Below are positions 1 to 11,817 of a stretch of 64,000 nt of DNA, piece after piece. Source of the stretch: Pecten maximus (taxonomy: Eukaryota); NCBI RefSeq assembly GCF_902652985.1, contig NC_047018.1:43772001-43836000 (forward strand), in the 5' to 3' direction. Both the position numbers and the translations under genes were made by a program. The notes beneath the pieces are model-generated. The model worked only from the letters and a program-made list of their open reading frames with translations. It did not search any database and was not told the origin of the DNA. Each line of letters begins with the position of its first letter. Position 1 is the stretch's first letter.

Positions 1-2252
1 TGCGTGTATCATCTGACAAACCAAAACACATGTTCTACAAAATAATGTTGGAAAACGAAACTGTTCAAAGAGTACAATACTTGAATATCCACATATCCAT
101 TTCAGGATATACATGTATATATTGGCAAACTTTCCATTCACTATCCAGACACACCCTACATTGCTAAAGGCCGTCGTATAAAAGCTGTCGTTGATATATA
201 CCTTGTGAATGTTTGTACTTATAGACAACGCGCCATTCAATCAGATTGTCCCCTACCTGAAAGATATGAACTCATTACTCATATGATGAGTTTGTCATAT
301 TTTACATACTAGTATGACGAGGACTGACACGGAATCGGCAGATGTACTTTTCACCGTGAAGTAAAAGGTGAGTTTGATTTGAAAATACAATCACAATAAA
401 ATAGATACGTGCTTCTGTAAAGATTTATTACAATTATTTGTCTTGTCATTATAAATTGAATTCTTGATTAAAATTCTTTCATACTTGCTTCAAAACTGCA
501 AGAACACAAAAAATATCAACACAGGAAATGGATGTTATCTTGGGGCAAAGGTCAGTATGTCTGGCGCTGATTGGTTACTTTAATCAACAAATTGTTGAAC
601 TTTTTATGACAATGGATCTTCAAAAGGACTGTCCGGTTGGAGTAAATGCAAGAGAGAGAAAAAGCTTTGCAGGATTCGAACCCGTTAAAGTGTCATCGGT
701 ATCTCTATGTCCCTATATGGATATCCACTGATCTGTAGTCAACGTTTACTTGGTCGGGTATTCACTATTTTTGTTATGGTACCTTCATTTCCGCAGCGCG
801 CATAGCAATCGCATTGTTTACACTATTCCCAATGATAATGATGTAGAATTTCTTTAAATCTATTTTTGAACCTTTTAGAAACCGTACGTGACAATTTTTG
901 AATATCATAATTAACAAAACGTGCAGAACATACTTTTAAAATGCTATAGAACAATTCTTATCGGATGAAAAATCTGGCCATAGTGTCGCATTGATAAATG
1001 TCGTTATCTTAGATATTTGATAATTGTACATAACAAGTGTGTATATTCTGTACCTGTAATACTATTCTCGAAAAAAACCTAATTTGTCATGGATGAGAAT
1101 ACGACTCGGGGATTAAAAAAAACAGCAATGAAATATTGATCTGTTGTTTAATCAATAATTACCTAATTTGCATATTCCTTTTATTAATAGTCATTAAGGT
1201 GTTAATGCTCTGTTTATAGAGCAAGGGTACCTAGATGTTTGATTGGCACATAGGGAGAAGAGAAAATAAAACGCAAATATATGATTATGAAATAAATATA
1301 CATATATATTATCTTATTTAATATTTGTAATTATATAATAATTGTTTCCATGAAATAGTGATTACATACAATTGGTTAAGTGTTGTGATATGCAGTACCT
1401 TCGTGTATATATGTTTGTCATTTCGTTATTTCTTTGTCGTCAGTGAACAATTTGAATAACACGTTATCCTTTGACGTTGGTGGCAAATTGCCCACCTTTA
1501 AAAGTAAAATTAGAAAGCAAAGGGAAAATAGAAAAAGAGAAAAGTTTTCAGTGGCGCGGGGTGCACACGCTTATTCACGCCTCAGTGCGCAGATATGTAA
1601 ATGAACGTAAAGCATAATGTGAGTTAGGATTGAGAAGCATCAAAATGTGTTTACAATCCTATATGAGATCTATATACCGGTTTCAAAGGTCTACTGGTGC
1701 TTTCGAAGCGTGAACCTATAGCTAGGTGTTCTTAAACAAATATTTAACATAGGCGGGCTAACAAATCGGTACTTTTTCAATAACATCGCATTATGAAGAT
1801 AATTGAGAAAGAAAATTCTTGATAATTTCTTCCCTCATGGCATGGTTTTCATAAAGGCAAAGTAAGTTTGGCCAATATTGTATATTGATTAAAATTACAA
1901 GCACGGGTTCACCTTGCTATATAAAGTAATGCTTGGATTGAAAAGATGTCGTCAAAAGACGAGAAAGTATGTCGGAAATGTAACATTATTTGATGTGGTT
2001 TTCTCACTTTATTGGGGACCGTGACATACAATCGACTTTATTTGAGTATTGTGTGATTATTAAGGTCGCCAATGATTCGTTCTTTTTACATAAGAAGCTA
2101 CATAAGATCGAACAGATTTGAAAAAAACAAAGAACTACCTATATAACGATAATTGGCCAAGGCAACAAGGACAGGGATATTCATTATTTGTAGTAATATA
2201 CAGTTGTACATTTAACTATGAAAAGAGATTTGAAAAAAAAAATCAATTAACT

Positions 2253-3064
2253 TAAGTCATTAGCAAGAAACTATAATCAATTAGCATGACACTCAAGTCA
2301 TTAGCAAGGGACTTAAAGTCATGACCATGAAACTAAATGTCATTATCAAGAAACGAAACTAAAAGTCATTCGCAAGGAATTCAAAGTCATTAGCAAAGGA
2401 ATTTTAAGTCATTATCAAAGAACCAAATGCCATTAGCAAGGAACTAAAAGTCATTAGCAGGGAACTTAAAGTCATATGCAAGGTACTAAGAAACAATAGC
2501 AAGGGACTAAATGAAATTAGCTAGGAACTAAAGGTCATAAGCAAGGAGCTAAACGTCATTAGTAAGGGAATAAAAGTCATTATCAAGGAGCCTAAAGTCA
2601 TAAACAAGGAACTAAAAGTAGGGAACTAAATGTCATTAGCATAGGAACTAAGTCATTAGCAAGGAACAAAAAATCATTAGCAAGGAACTAAAGGTCATTA
2701 GCAAGGGACTAAATGTAATTAACTGTGAACTAAAGGTCATAAGCAAGGAACTTAAACTCATTAGCAAGAAAATGAAAGCCATTAGCAAGACACTTAATGT
2801 CGTTAGCTAGGAACGAAAGGTCATAAGCAAGGAACTTAAGCCCATTAGCAAGAAAATGAAAGCCAATAGCAAGACACTTAATGTCGTTAGCTAGGAACTA
2901 AAGGTCATAAGCAAGGAACTAAAAGTCATTAGTAAGGAACTAAGTCATTTCCAAAAAACTCAAAAAAGTCATTAGCAAGAAACTATAACTCATTAGTAAA
3001 ACCATAAAAGTAATTAGCAAGGGACTTGAATTCATTAGTAAGGAGCTAAAAGTCATTAGCAAGA
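2253..3064. repeat. Degenerate ~21-22-bp minisatellite
   Basis: Repeating AAAGTCATTAGCAAGGAACT-like units. Confidence 0.9.
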
Positions 3065-3369
3065 ATATGAAATATTTTTAGTGGACATACATATCCTCGC
3101 GTATAGCAGCAACGTTTTTATACAGAAGAAACAGGACTCTTTATAATGTGAAAGGTTGATACTCAAATAGATATGAATTGTCGAATAGTCAGATTATCTG
3201 TAAATTCATGAATTATTTTTTAAAACAAAACATGCCAAATATATCTGATTCTCATTTTGACGAATCTTTATTAACGATGATTATTGTACATAAATGGCAC
3301 ATCTTGTGTTGTAAAGATACATGTAGGTGAAGAGCAAGTTGAAGTACTAATAAAAACGTGTGCATTTGT

Positions 3370-3530
3370 TTGGTTTGATTTATTTTAACGTCCTATTAAC
3401 AGCCAGGGTCATTTAAGAACCTGCCTGGTTTTGGAGGTGGAGGAAAGCCGGAGTACTCGGAGAAAATTCACCTACCTACGGTCAATACCAGGTAACTGTC
3501 CCACCTGGGTTTCGAACTCGCGGCCCCGCG
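3370..3530 (-). mobile_element. tRNA-derived SINE with internally deleted head
   Basis: Minus strand reads GGGGCCGCG, B-box GAGTTCGAAACC, TTTTCTCCGAGTACTCCGGCTTTCCTCC core, tail TTAAATGACCCTGGCTGTTAATAGGACGTTAAA and an (AAAC)-like end; 12-bp TSD GTGTGCATTTGT at 3358-3369 and 3531-3542. Confidence 0.85.
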
Positions 3531-3899
3531 GTGTGCATTTGTAATGGTGTGTGAAGAGTTGACCAAAATTCCTTAATAAAACGCAGGCAGATATATGAAT
3601 TGTTTCAATTTTTTGTGCAAAAAAGAACTTGTTCAAAAGGAAGGAAATCAACAACGTTCAGTAAGAGGATTTTGAGGATATCTGAAATCAAAATGTCATT
3701 TTAGGAGTTTGATTTCAACCACAATTCATTATCTTTGACTGCATGTGATAAAAGACAGGGATAAGTACAATATTTGCTTTCATTGATCAATTTCCTATCC
3801 ACATAATCATGTACTTAGAGCTAACTCATGACGTTCTTGGTGTACTCCCTCAAACAGATTGGATAAAAATATATGAATAAAGTACAATCCATTTTATAT

Positions 3900-4450
3900 G
3901 AGAGTATGTATGATGACAACGAAACCAATAGGCACATCACCAAGCATCGAGCACGTCTGACTTCATATCTCAGAAGGAAATAGAATATTTCCAAATCACC
4001 TCATGATGTCGTCCATTAAGCTTTTACCATGCTCTCCATCGACCTGTTACACGTGAAACCTTGTGTTGTTCATTTGGCTTTCAGTAGTGGCTATCTGATA
4101 CGGAAAATAACACAATTGCAACAACTCATCTTATATCGAATCAACGGAAACATGTAAAAACCGTAGGTAGGAGGAGCAGGAATGTTACCATTAAGAAAGG
4201 AAAGTTAACAATTGGAAATTGAAATAATCACGCTTATCATGCAGCTTAGTTAAAGATTCCCTGCTGGTTACATAGTCAGTAAAATCGAGGCTGGTGACTG
4301 GTGTTGAAGAGTCTGTAGTGTCTTTGGTTCAATTTCACTTCATACACTGTATATCCAAACGACATTGCCAAAACAGTGTTTGTGTTTTTTAAGATAACAT
4401 GTCGTCAATATAGCTATAGGTGAACTCGAAGGGTAAACAATGGATATACA
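3900..4450 (-). mobile_element. Decayed Penelope-like reverse transcriptase fragment
   Basis: Minus-strand remnants FTYSYIDDMLS, KDTTDSS, KLHDKRDYFNF, IVNFPFL, NIPAPPTYG, broken by stops and frameshifts; these match the RT YIDD motif and the C-terminal region of invertebrate PLE-type RTs. Confidence 0.75.
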
Positions 4451-6439
4451 ATGTAAATCGTGTCGTGGTTCTGTATTTTAAATCTATCCTGTGTTACATC
4501 CATGCCTATAACTGTTTGCATTTTCATTTGTAATAGTGAGATTTACAAGAATCATTTATGCCTGTAGCTATTGTATTGTAAAAGAGGACTAGCAACTGTT
4601 GATTATTCGAAATGTATATTGCTTCTACAGCTTTTATCATCTTTATACAATAACTATGAATGCCATACAATAAATAGAATTCAACAGATCACAAAAACAT
4701 CGTGTATATGCTTTGAACAATTTTAATAATAACAAAGAAGGACTATTCTGGCCAAGGATGTCAAAAGTTTTCCTTGAATGTGACATTTAACAACAACATT
4801 GTAGGTACTCAAACAATATCTACGATAACACAATGATTTGGCAATAATGAAAAATTTCAAAATCCTTGGGTCCTTTTTCAAATTCCACATTCATATAACT
4901 GTCGTTACAACAATAAGAATGGAAAAATAACTAACAATGATTCTTAAGAAACAAGTTATATACTCACAGATCACTCTTAACCATAAGACTGTCGATAACT
5001 GGTCATCTCCATTATAACGAATTCTTTTTGATGTCTCTGCATCATAAACGCAGTCATTCGTATACTGTATAGTTGTTAATATTTGCGAGGAATTTAATTT
5101 CGCTATATTAGTGGTCATTGAATATACCGCGAAAATAAATACCCAGCAAATATTTATAATTTTAACAACTATACAAGTATACATTATATACAATTTTGAT
5201 GACAACAAGAGAAAAGATAACATTGGCTAGATCCATGTGACAAAAGTAATATTGGCTAAATCCACGTGACAAAAAATAATATTGCATGTTAATGTATACC
5301 CGCGCCTGACAAACTACCACACATAATATCACAATCAAACCATCGAACACTATCAGGACCAATGGTTCTCTTCGGAACAGTCAGATAATACATTTACATG
5401 TGTCATAGAAAAATAAATTTGAAATCTGTTTAAAATTAAGATTTTTGCAGTAAACTCAGCTGAACTTACGTTAAAGAGGCATGGATTAACTTTAATCAAT
5501 GGACATTAAACATATTCTTAAGTTATTGGTTCACCATTATAGGTGATTCTCGTATTGGAATAAATAATCAGATCCATGCAAATCAATTATTGTCATAATT
5601 CATAATAGAAAACATAAAAATGAAAGTGTTTTTTGTCGATGGCATTGCTCATTTGACAAGAAAATATTGGCTATAAAAGCGGAGAAAATAATCATGAAAT
5701 TTTGGCAGAAATATTTTTAAATGCAAGATCGGTATTACTGGTAAAAGACGATATCTTATATACATATATAATCATCACAGTAATGTAATTTATGAATAAA
5801 TTAATGATGTAATGTACAAGCCAACAATACAAAGGATTTGGTCCCATCTAGCCATACGGAGTATTAGTTGAAAGTCAATGGGCTTAACATATACACAAAG
5901 AGGCAGATACCTTGTAAACACAATTGGAATAAAAACTTACATGCGAAATACATGCACTTGTAATGAAGTTCGCCTACCACGAGGTCCGAATCATTAAATG
6001 ATGTTCTCAAAGATTCTGAATCCTGACTCACTGTATTCTCAGCACTCACTACCACGCTATTTTCATTCATATCATTACCCTTTGTGTACAAATATGTTCC
6101 ATATGAATACTTTTGACTGACATTCTTTCATCTATTAAATTACATGTACATTCACTTGCATAAATGCAACATTCCTTCCCCTAAGCATACAAAAAAATAC
6201 TGTGTCGATCATTGACTTGCTTGCGTATAAAGTTCATTCAATAATGATAACCCTTTCATGTACAAAGTTCAGTCGGAAATATCCGAACTACAAGGAATGG
6301 ATTGAAATTGAATACCGCGCGAAACAATGCTAACATACTATATATCACAGCAACAAACAAGAACAAGAAATAAAATGAAATAATGCAGTTCTCGCCAAAA
6401 AATGTTGAGACGAGATGCGTTGTCATGGTTACACTCCTT

Positions 6440-7320
6440 TCAAGCACATTTGCAGTCTTGAACAATCATATCAGCAAAGTCAGTAAATACTAAATTGTTA
6501 TAGGCGTCCTCGTGCAGGATTGTCAGGGGTTTGAATGACGATGGTATGCAACATGGTGCCGAGAAACGGGTAGGGTCCATTTTATGAAGAGTTGATTTGA
6601 TGCTTGTAAAAGTGTTCGCCATTTTAAATCGGTCCGGGCAAGTTCCTTCGCAGTGAAAGGCTTCATATTCTGTTGGAGCTATTACCCAATCCCAACCAAT
6701 GACTTGAAAATTGATTTGAGTTCTAAACCTACAACATCTCTCCTCTCCATCACCTTGAGTACAGTCTCGACGGCCAGCCTGTCGTTTGGCGCGTTTAAGA
6801 ATCGGTCGTTCCTCCGCATCCAATTTCAGTAATGGGAGAGAAGAGCCTGATGGATGCGATGGTATATGTAGATCTCTGCTGTCGTCATTGTGGCTATGTA
6901 AATTTCTTAACATTAAGTTCTCGTCGGCGAAAGAGAAGAGTTTTGTAACATTATGAGTATCTGATGATATCATAAGTCCGTGGTTTGACTCAGGGTCATT
7001 AATCCACCCACGTGCTGCTTCTGATAAATCGAAATCCTCCCATCCAGGTATTGAAATATCAATTGTCTTCGAGGATATTTGTTTTCCTTTCACTAATTTC
7101 ATATTTTCATTCTGCTCAATATTAAACACTTTGACGTCCATTAATGATTGCTGTCTTGTGTTTGAGTCAGAAAGATTTGTTTGTTTTTTTAATAACTGCA
7201 AAGTTGCGGAAAACACAATAAGTTCCCTGTATATATCCTTTGTGATTTTGTCTTGAATATCATAAAACAAAACTTGTCCATCCAGGTCACTGCTATCAGC
7301 TATCTGTTGTTTGCGGTAGC
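6440..7320 (-). CDS. TGF-beta superfamily ligand precursor, coding exon 2 (prodomain, furin site, 9-Cys mature domain; GDF15/Maverick/activin-myostatin-like)
   Basis: Acceptor cttgttacag|GC at 7320 matches the phase-1 donor (G+GC=Gly), giving a 1233-nt CDS / 410 aa. Prodomain motif GWEDFDLSEAARGW..NHGL; KRAKR cleavage; mature domain 6781..6443 (113 aa) with C..CC..CxGxC..CC..CxC cystine-knot pattern; stop TGA 6442-6440. Confidence 0.96.
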
Positions 7321-7823
7321 CTGTAACAAGTAATCATATTCCAATGTTATCAAATTGATACAACTAATAAATATCATAAAATCACACAATATGATATAGA
7401 ATTTCCGACCATTTATTCGAGAGACTGATAATCCCCGCAAATGCCATCCAAAGTTCAATAAAGATCTACATCACCATCATTATCAATTATTATCTCCCAT
7501 AGCAGATATAATACATTACTGACAGGTAAACAATGTATCGTGTAATTCAATCAGTGAGCTTCATAGGAAGGGGCTGTCCTAATCCCCCGTCCTCTAGTTT
7601 ATGTTACGTGATAATAATCCTAACATATTATATACTCTATATACTCTGTTTTAGGTATATTTCAACAATCCCTCTCTTTTTCACACTTATGTTATTTTTA
7701 CAAGAAAAGATATGTACTTGTTGTGCTTATTTAAGTATTTTGTTTGTATATGAGTGTTATCGTGTAAATTTTAAAGTGTGTTGTTGTTGTACCTTATTTT
7801 AAAGGACAATATTGTAGAGTAGA

Positions 7824-7824
<1 letters not shown>

Positions 7825-7863
<39 letters not shown>
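7825..7863. repeat. (CAT)n microsatellite in the TGF-beta intron
   Basis: About 13 CAT units. Confidence 0.95.
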
Positions 7864-9059
7864 TACAAATTATGTTTTCTTTAAATAGGGACCTTTTATC
7901 TTGCTTATCATGTCATTGAAAACATATATATCTAAAGTATTTCTATAGCATTCCACTACAATCCTGTTAAAATTTAGACCTAAATACGTCCCCATTGATC
8001 TCATCCCAATCATTGAATGATAAGATTAAGGGCCTATATATTTGTGTCTATCAACAGGCAAACTATATTCCTATAATCTCTGTCCTTAGTAGCAACTGTT
8101 TCTGTGATCCGCGCTAGGTAAGTATTTTGCACTCGTGCTATGTATGTATTTATATAAATATATACCCATACATAGAAGACGGGATGAATGTAAACAAGAG
8201 CTTCAATAACTGCTGAATGGTAAAGTTTAAACAGATGTGTATCGTTCTTTAGAATCTCATTTCTATCTAGTTATAGGACCGAGGTTTGACACCTAGCTAA
8301 ACCATCAATATCATTTGAAAGATTACTGTAACTCTTAAAAGCTTGTCTATTTAACATATTACACGTTTTAGCTGACAACGTTTTCTATTTGATCGCTCTG
8401 TGAGTCACCATAATGAAAAAGTGTGATAATGATTATTAACTATAATCAATAAAAAGAATGCGATGGTTTAGTTAATTCTAAATATCCCGACGTTTTGCTA
8501 ATTGAAATTATCCATTTCTGTTTAAAACTTACACTGTGTAGAGCTTAAAATCGTGTTTAAAAGACATTTTACAATGTGCTAATATTAGCATTGAACAGAT
8601 AAAGAAAACGATATACTACACTGACATTAACGTACTATTTCAATAAACTATATAAACTGTAAATAAAATTTATCGAAGTGATTATCTAATCTACATTCCA
8701 AGATCTTTGATCATGATGTATTAGTGATAATTGAAACTGACATCTACTATTACCTTTTAATGAGGATGTGGCAGTGCTAATCTAAACAGTTCCTAGGCTA
8801 AACACGTTTAATCGAAATTCTCTAGCATAATTTCAACTCATAAATGAGTTAATAAAAATGTCACAGAGCTAATTCAAATATTTCATCAATTAAACCTGTT
8901 TTATAGATGTATACATATATGTGTTTACATACAGAAATGTTTTTAATAGTATAGGATTTCCTAACAATAGTAGATGAAAGTACATTAAATGATGTTTTAA
9001 CAAAATCTGGTTGTCTTCTTTTCGATAAGAAAGTGTTATAGTATCATTACAGTATCCTT

Positions 9060-9255
9060 GATACATATAATTATATAGTATAATAGTAAATTATTTATCA
9101 TTAAATATTGTATAATATACTATATATAATATAATATATATAATATAGTATTATATATATGATAATTTATGATTCATATATAATATAGTATAATATATAT
9201 AATATATTATAATATATATGATAATTTATAATGTATATATTATATAGTATGATAT
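9060..9255. repeat. AT-rich low-complexity (TATAA-like) tract
   Basis: Almost pure A/T imperfect repeats. Confidence 0.8.
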
Positions 9256-11082
9256 TTATTTTGTAAAATAGCGCATACGTATGATCGAGTATCCATTTCA
9301 CAGTGGATGATGCGGTAGAGACGTGTTTATTGCCAAAACACAAGCTACTACTCTACGCAAGTCAAAGAGTAGACTCGTTATACATTGAACAGAAATGACG
9401 TGAGTCAATGTGAAAGACTATCCCTCGCAGCATTCCTCAATATAAACCTTTTAACAAGTTTTATTTTAAAAGTTATATTTATTACTTTAATGATAGTCAT
9501 CATTTTGAATCGCAGTGTAAATACTACAGCCATTGAACTAATGAAATTTGTTCGAATCCATTTAGCGTTATGTATCAATATGGCGAGGACACCTGCCTCC
9601 GGAATGCTTCTTACATTTTATTAGGAAATAAAGAGATGGGATTATCAGTAGTTATTGGAAAGTGTACGCCGGACGGACGACTTACTACGCACGACTGGTT
9701 CATGGAAAGTGAACTTAAGCGACTGTACTGAGTTCTATTTAAAAAGAGATTAGAGACGTAAGAACGCTAGATTTTCGATGGCATCCCGTCCTATTAATAA
9801 AAAGTGATGAGTTAAATGTATGTATATATATGGAGATTAAAGTGATTTTGTGGCGAGCCCACGTGTTGACAAGGTTTTCGCGCGTGGAATGGATATGCTC
9901 GGTTTCACTCAGTATTCTACGTCCATATTTGTGTATAAAGTCTTGCCAGGTAACTAGCGATTAAAATTCACTTTAAACGCAGGCATGCATTTACAACACA
10001 GGGCTAGCCGTACTATCTATATTCCGGAGCGATAAGGGACGTCATGCGGATGTCGCACATGTTTCAAATATTTCAACCACTAATAAATCCTTGTCCATAA
10101 TGATTGCCTTTCAAATATACGTCTCTGATGTATCTCCACTATCATACACAAGGGGCAGCACATTACAGTAAATGTTCATCGCATGCTGCAATTTTGTACA
10201 GGAATTTACATATGTGTTATGGTAAGCGTATTGTGGTGTCTACAGGTATAGAGCAGGTGCAAGCTAGCACTCTGACACCTGTGTAGGTCGATGGTTGGGC
10301 CTTTAGCATAGTGTTTTCATTGGGCTATGTGTGCAGTTGTGTTTACAATCGTTATGTAATTTAAAATTGAAAGACAAGGTAATGCCGTATCTAGACTTAA
10401 GTTAAATCTCTTGATAGATATATAAATATAAATACGTAAACAGGTTTATAACATCTCAAAGGGGTATATGAATGAATGAAAGGTGATCAAGAAACAAGAT
10501 GAATGATATTGAGTTTAAGAAGATATGTATACAGTCTTCAGTTAGAAAATGAACCAATACTGCCGATTAAGCAAAGATTCTGAAATGAATTATCACTGAA
10601 TGATGCATTGATAGGTAGTGATGCATATCCTGCTAGTCTCGGTAGGCTTAAGATGGTATCGGTATTCATATCTCGTTATGAAGTATTCAAATCATAATAA
10701 CTCTGGTTTGAATTATATGGAATGCTTTCATCATACACTATCTGTATAGATCCCCCTCTTTAACTATTGTTATGGCCGACATGAACTCTTACTTGAGTAC
10801 GCCATCAATTTATTGCTAAATCATTCTTTATTTAGACTTTTAACTCCAATATCGATTAATATACAAAGCACAACTTTACGTCGGTTGTAGATTTATCAAG
10901 AGTGTATTTTTATAACGTAGGAAAATCACACACGTTGGTAGCAACGCTTAAGGATAACATGATTACATGATTTAGCAGTACTCACGTGCTACACGTTTTA
11001 CCTACTCGAATATATATCAGCTCATCACATACTAATTAAGTAGAAAGTGAAAGTACACAATTATAGTTAAATGACCCCTTAC

Positions 11083-11434
11083 CTTTATAGGTATGCTGCA
11101 CCCTTTTGGATTCTCTCTCCATTTCTTCCCTGTCAGGTATATGCTGCATGTCGTTTTTACTAATGAGGTAATCCCTGAATTCACGTATCTTTTGACGTTT
11201 GGTTTCTATACTATGGGTAACGTTTGAAGCATTTGATGGAAGTGAATCCCCTATCTGTTCCAATATGCTTTGTTTAAAGGCCTCGATCCGAAGTTTTGAA
11301 ATGTCAACTTCTTTCTCAGCTTCTGACACCTGTTTGGAAGCTGACAATGCTGGTTTGCCTGTAACAATTGCTAAGTGTAATGCTAGTAGCAGGACCGTTA
11401 AAACCACGGCTCTACTTAAAACATATAATATCAT
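11083..11434 (-). CDS. TGF-beta superfamily ligand precursor, coding exon 1 (signal peptide and N-terminal prodomain)
   Basis: ATG at 11434-11432 with an in-frame TAG upstream; hydrophobic signal peptide MILYVLSRAVVLTVLLLALHLAIVTG; prodomain helix LRIEAFKQSILEQIG (cf. TGF-beta1 RIEAIRGQILSKL, myostatin RIEAIKIQILSKL); donor AAAG|GTAAGG after 11083, phase 1 (352 nt). Confidence 0.92.
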
Positions 11435-11550
11435 AGCGTGTCCCAACAAAATTCGGTTAGTATCTTTCTCCTGACGCTAAGTTTGGATGTCTTCAGTAAT
11501 CTATGGTAGTTTAAGCTTATTCCCACTTTGTATAGTTGTCGTCTGTTCAT
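11431..11550 (-). promoter_or_regulatory. Upstream ORF (39 aa) in the predicted 5' UTR; stop overlaps main start (ATGA)
   Basis: ATG 11550-11548 (A at -3), open for 39 codons (MNRRQLYKVGISLNYHRLLKTSKLSVRRKILTEFCWDTL), TGA 11433-11431 overlapping ATG 11434-11432. Depends on the TSS being upstream of 11550, as the TATA position implies. Confidence 0.55.
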
Positions 11551-11640
11551 AATAGCTTATGAAAAGCCAAAAACTAGATCGCAAACTCCGAATTATAACT
11601 CCAACGTATAAGTATTACAGTGCCGAGTGAACTCAAATGA

Positions 11641-11817
11641 TTATATATATAAGGGGGTGTATACGTTTGAACTGTCACGATATCAGATGCCGGCTAGCCC
11701 CGCCCATAAACCGTGAATGAGAACCTTCACGTCCATGTGCTTCTGTTTATTTCACACGTAAAGCCGTACCTAACTTAGGCGTATACGTCTTCTGTGTATT
11801 CATTGGCTATGACGTCA
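11641..11817 (-). promoter_or_regulatory. Proximal promoter of the TGF-beta gene: TATA box, GC box, CCAAT box, CRE
   Basis: TATATATAA at 11641-11652 (~210 nt upstream of the ATG); GGGCGGGGC 11697-11705; CCAAT (ATTGG on +) 11802-11806; TGACGTCA 11810-11817. Order and spacing are typical of a Pol II promoter. Confidence 0.7.

Noticed and set aside
5222-5285. Duplicated ATTGG..CCACG as an ER-stress element
   Set aside because: Spacing (N6) fits neither ERSE nor ERSE-II, and it lies downstream of the gene.
11199-11474. Plus-strand 91-aa ORF
   Set aside because: Antisense shadow of TGF-beta exon 1.
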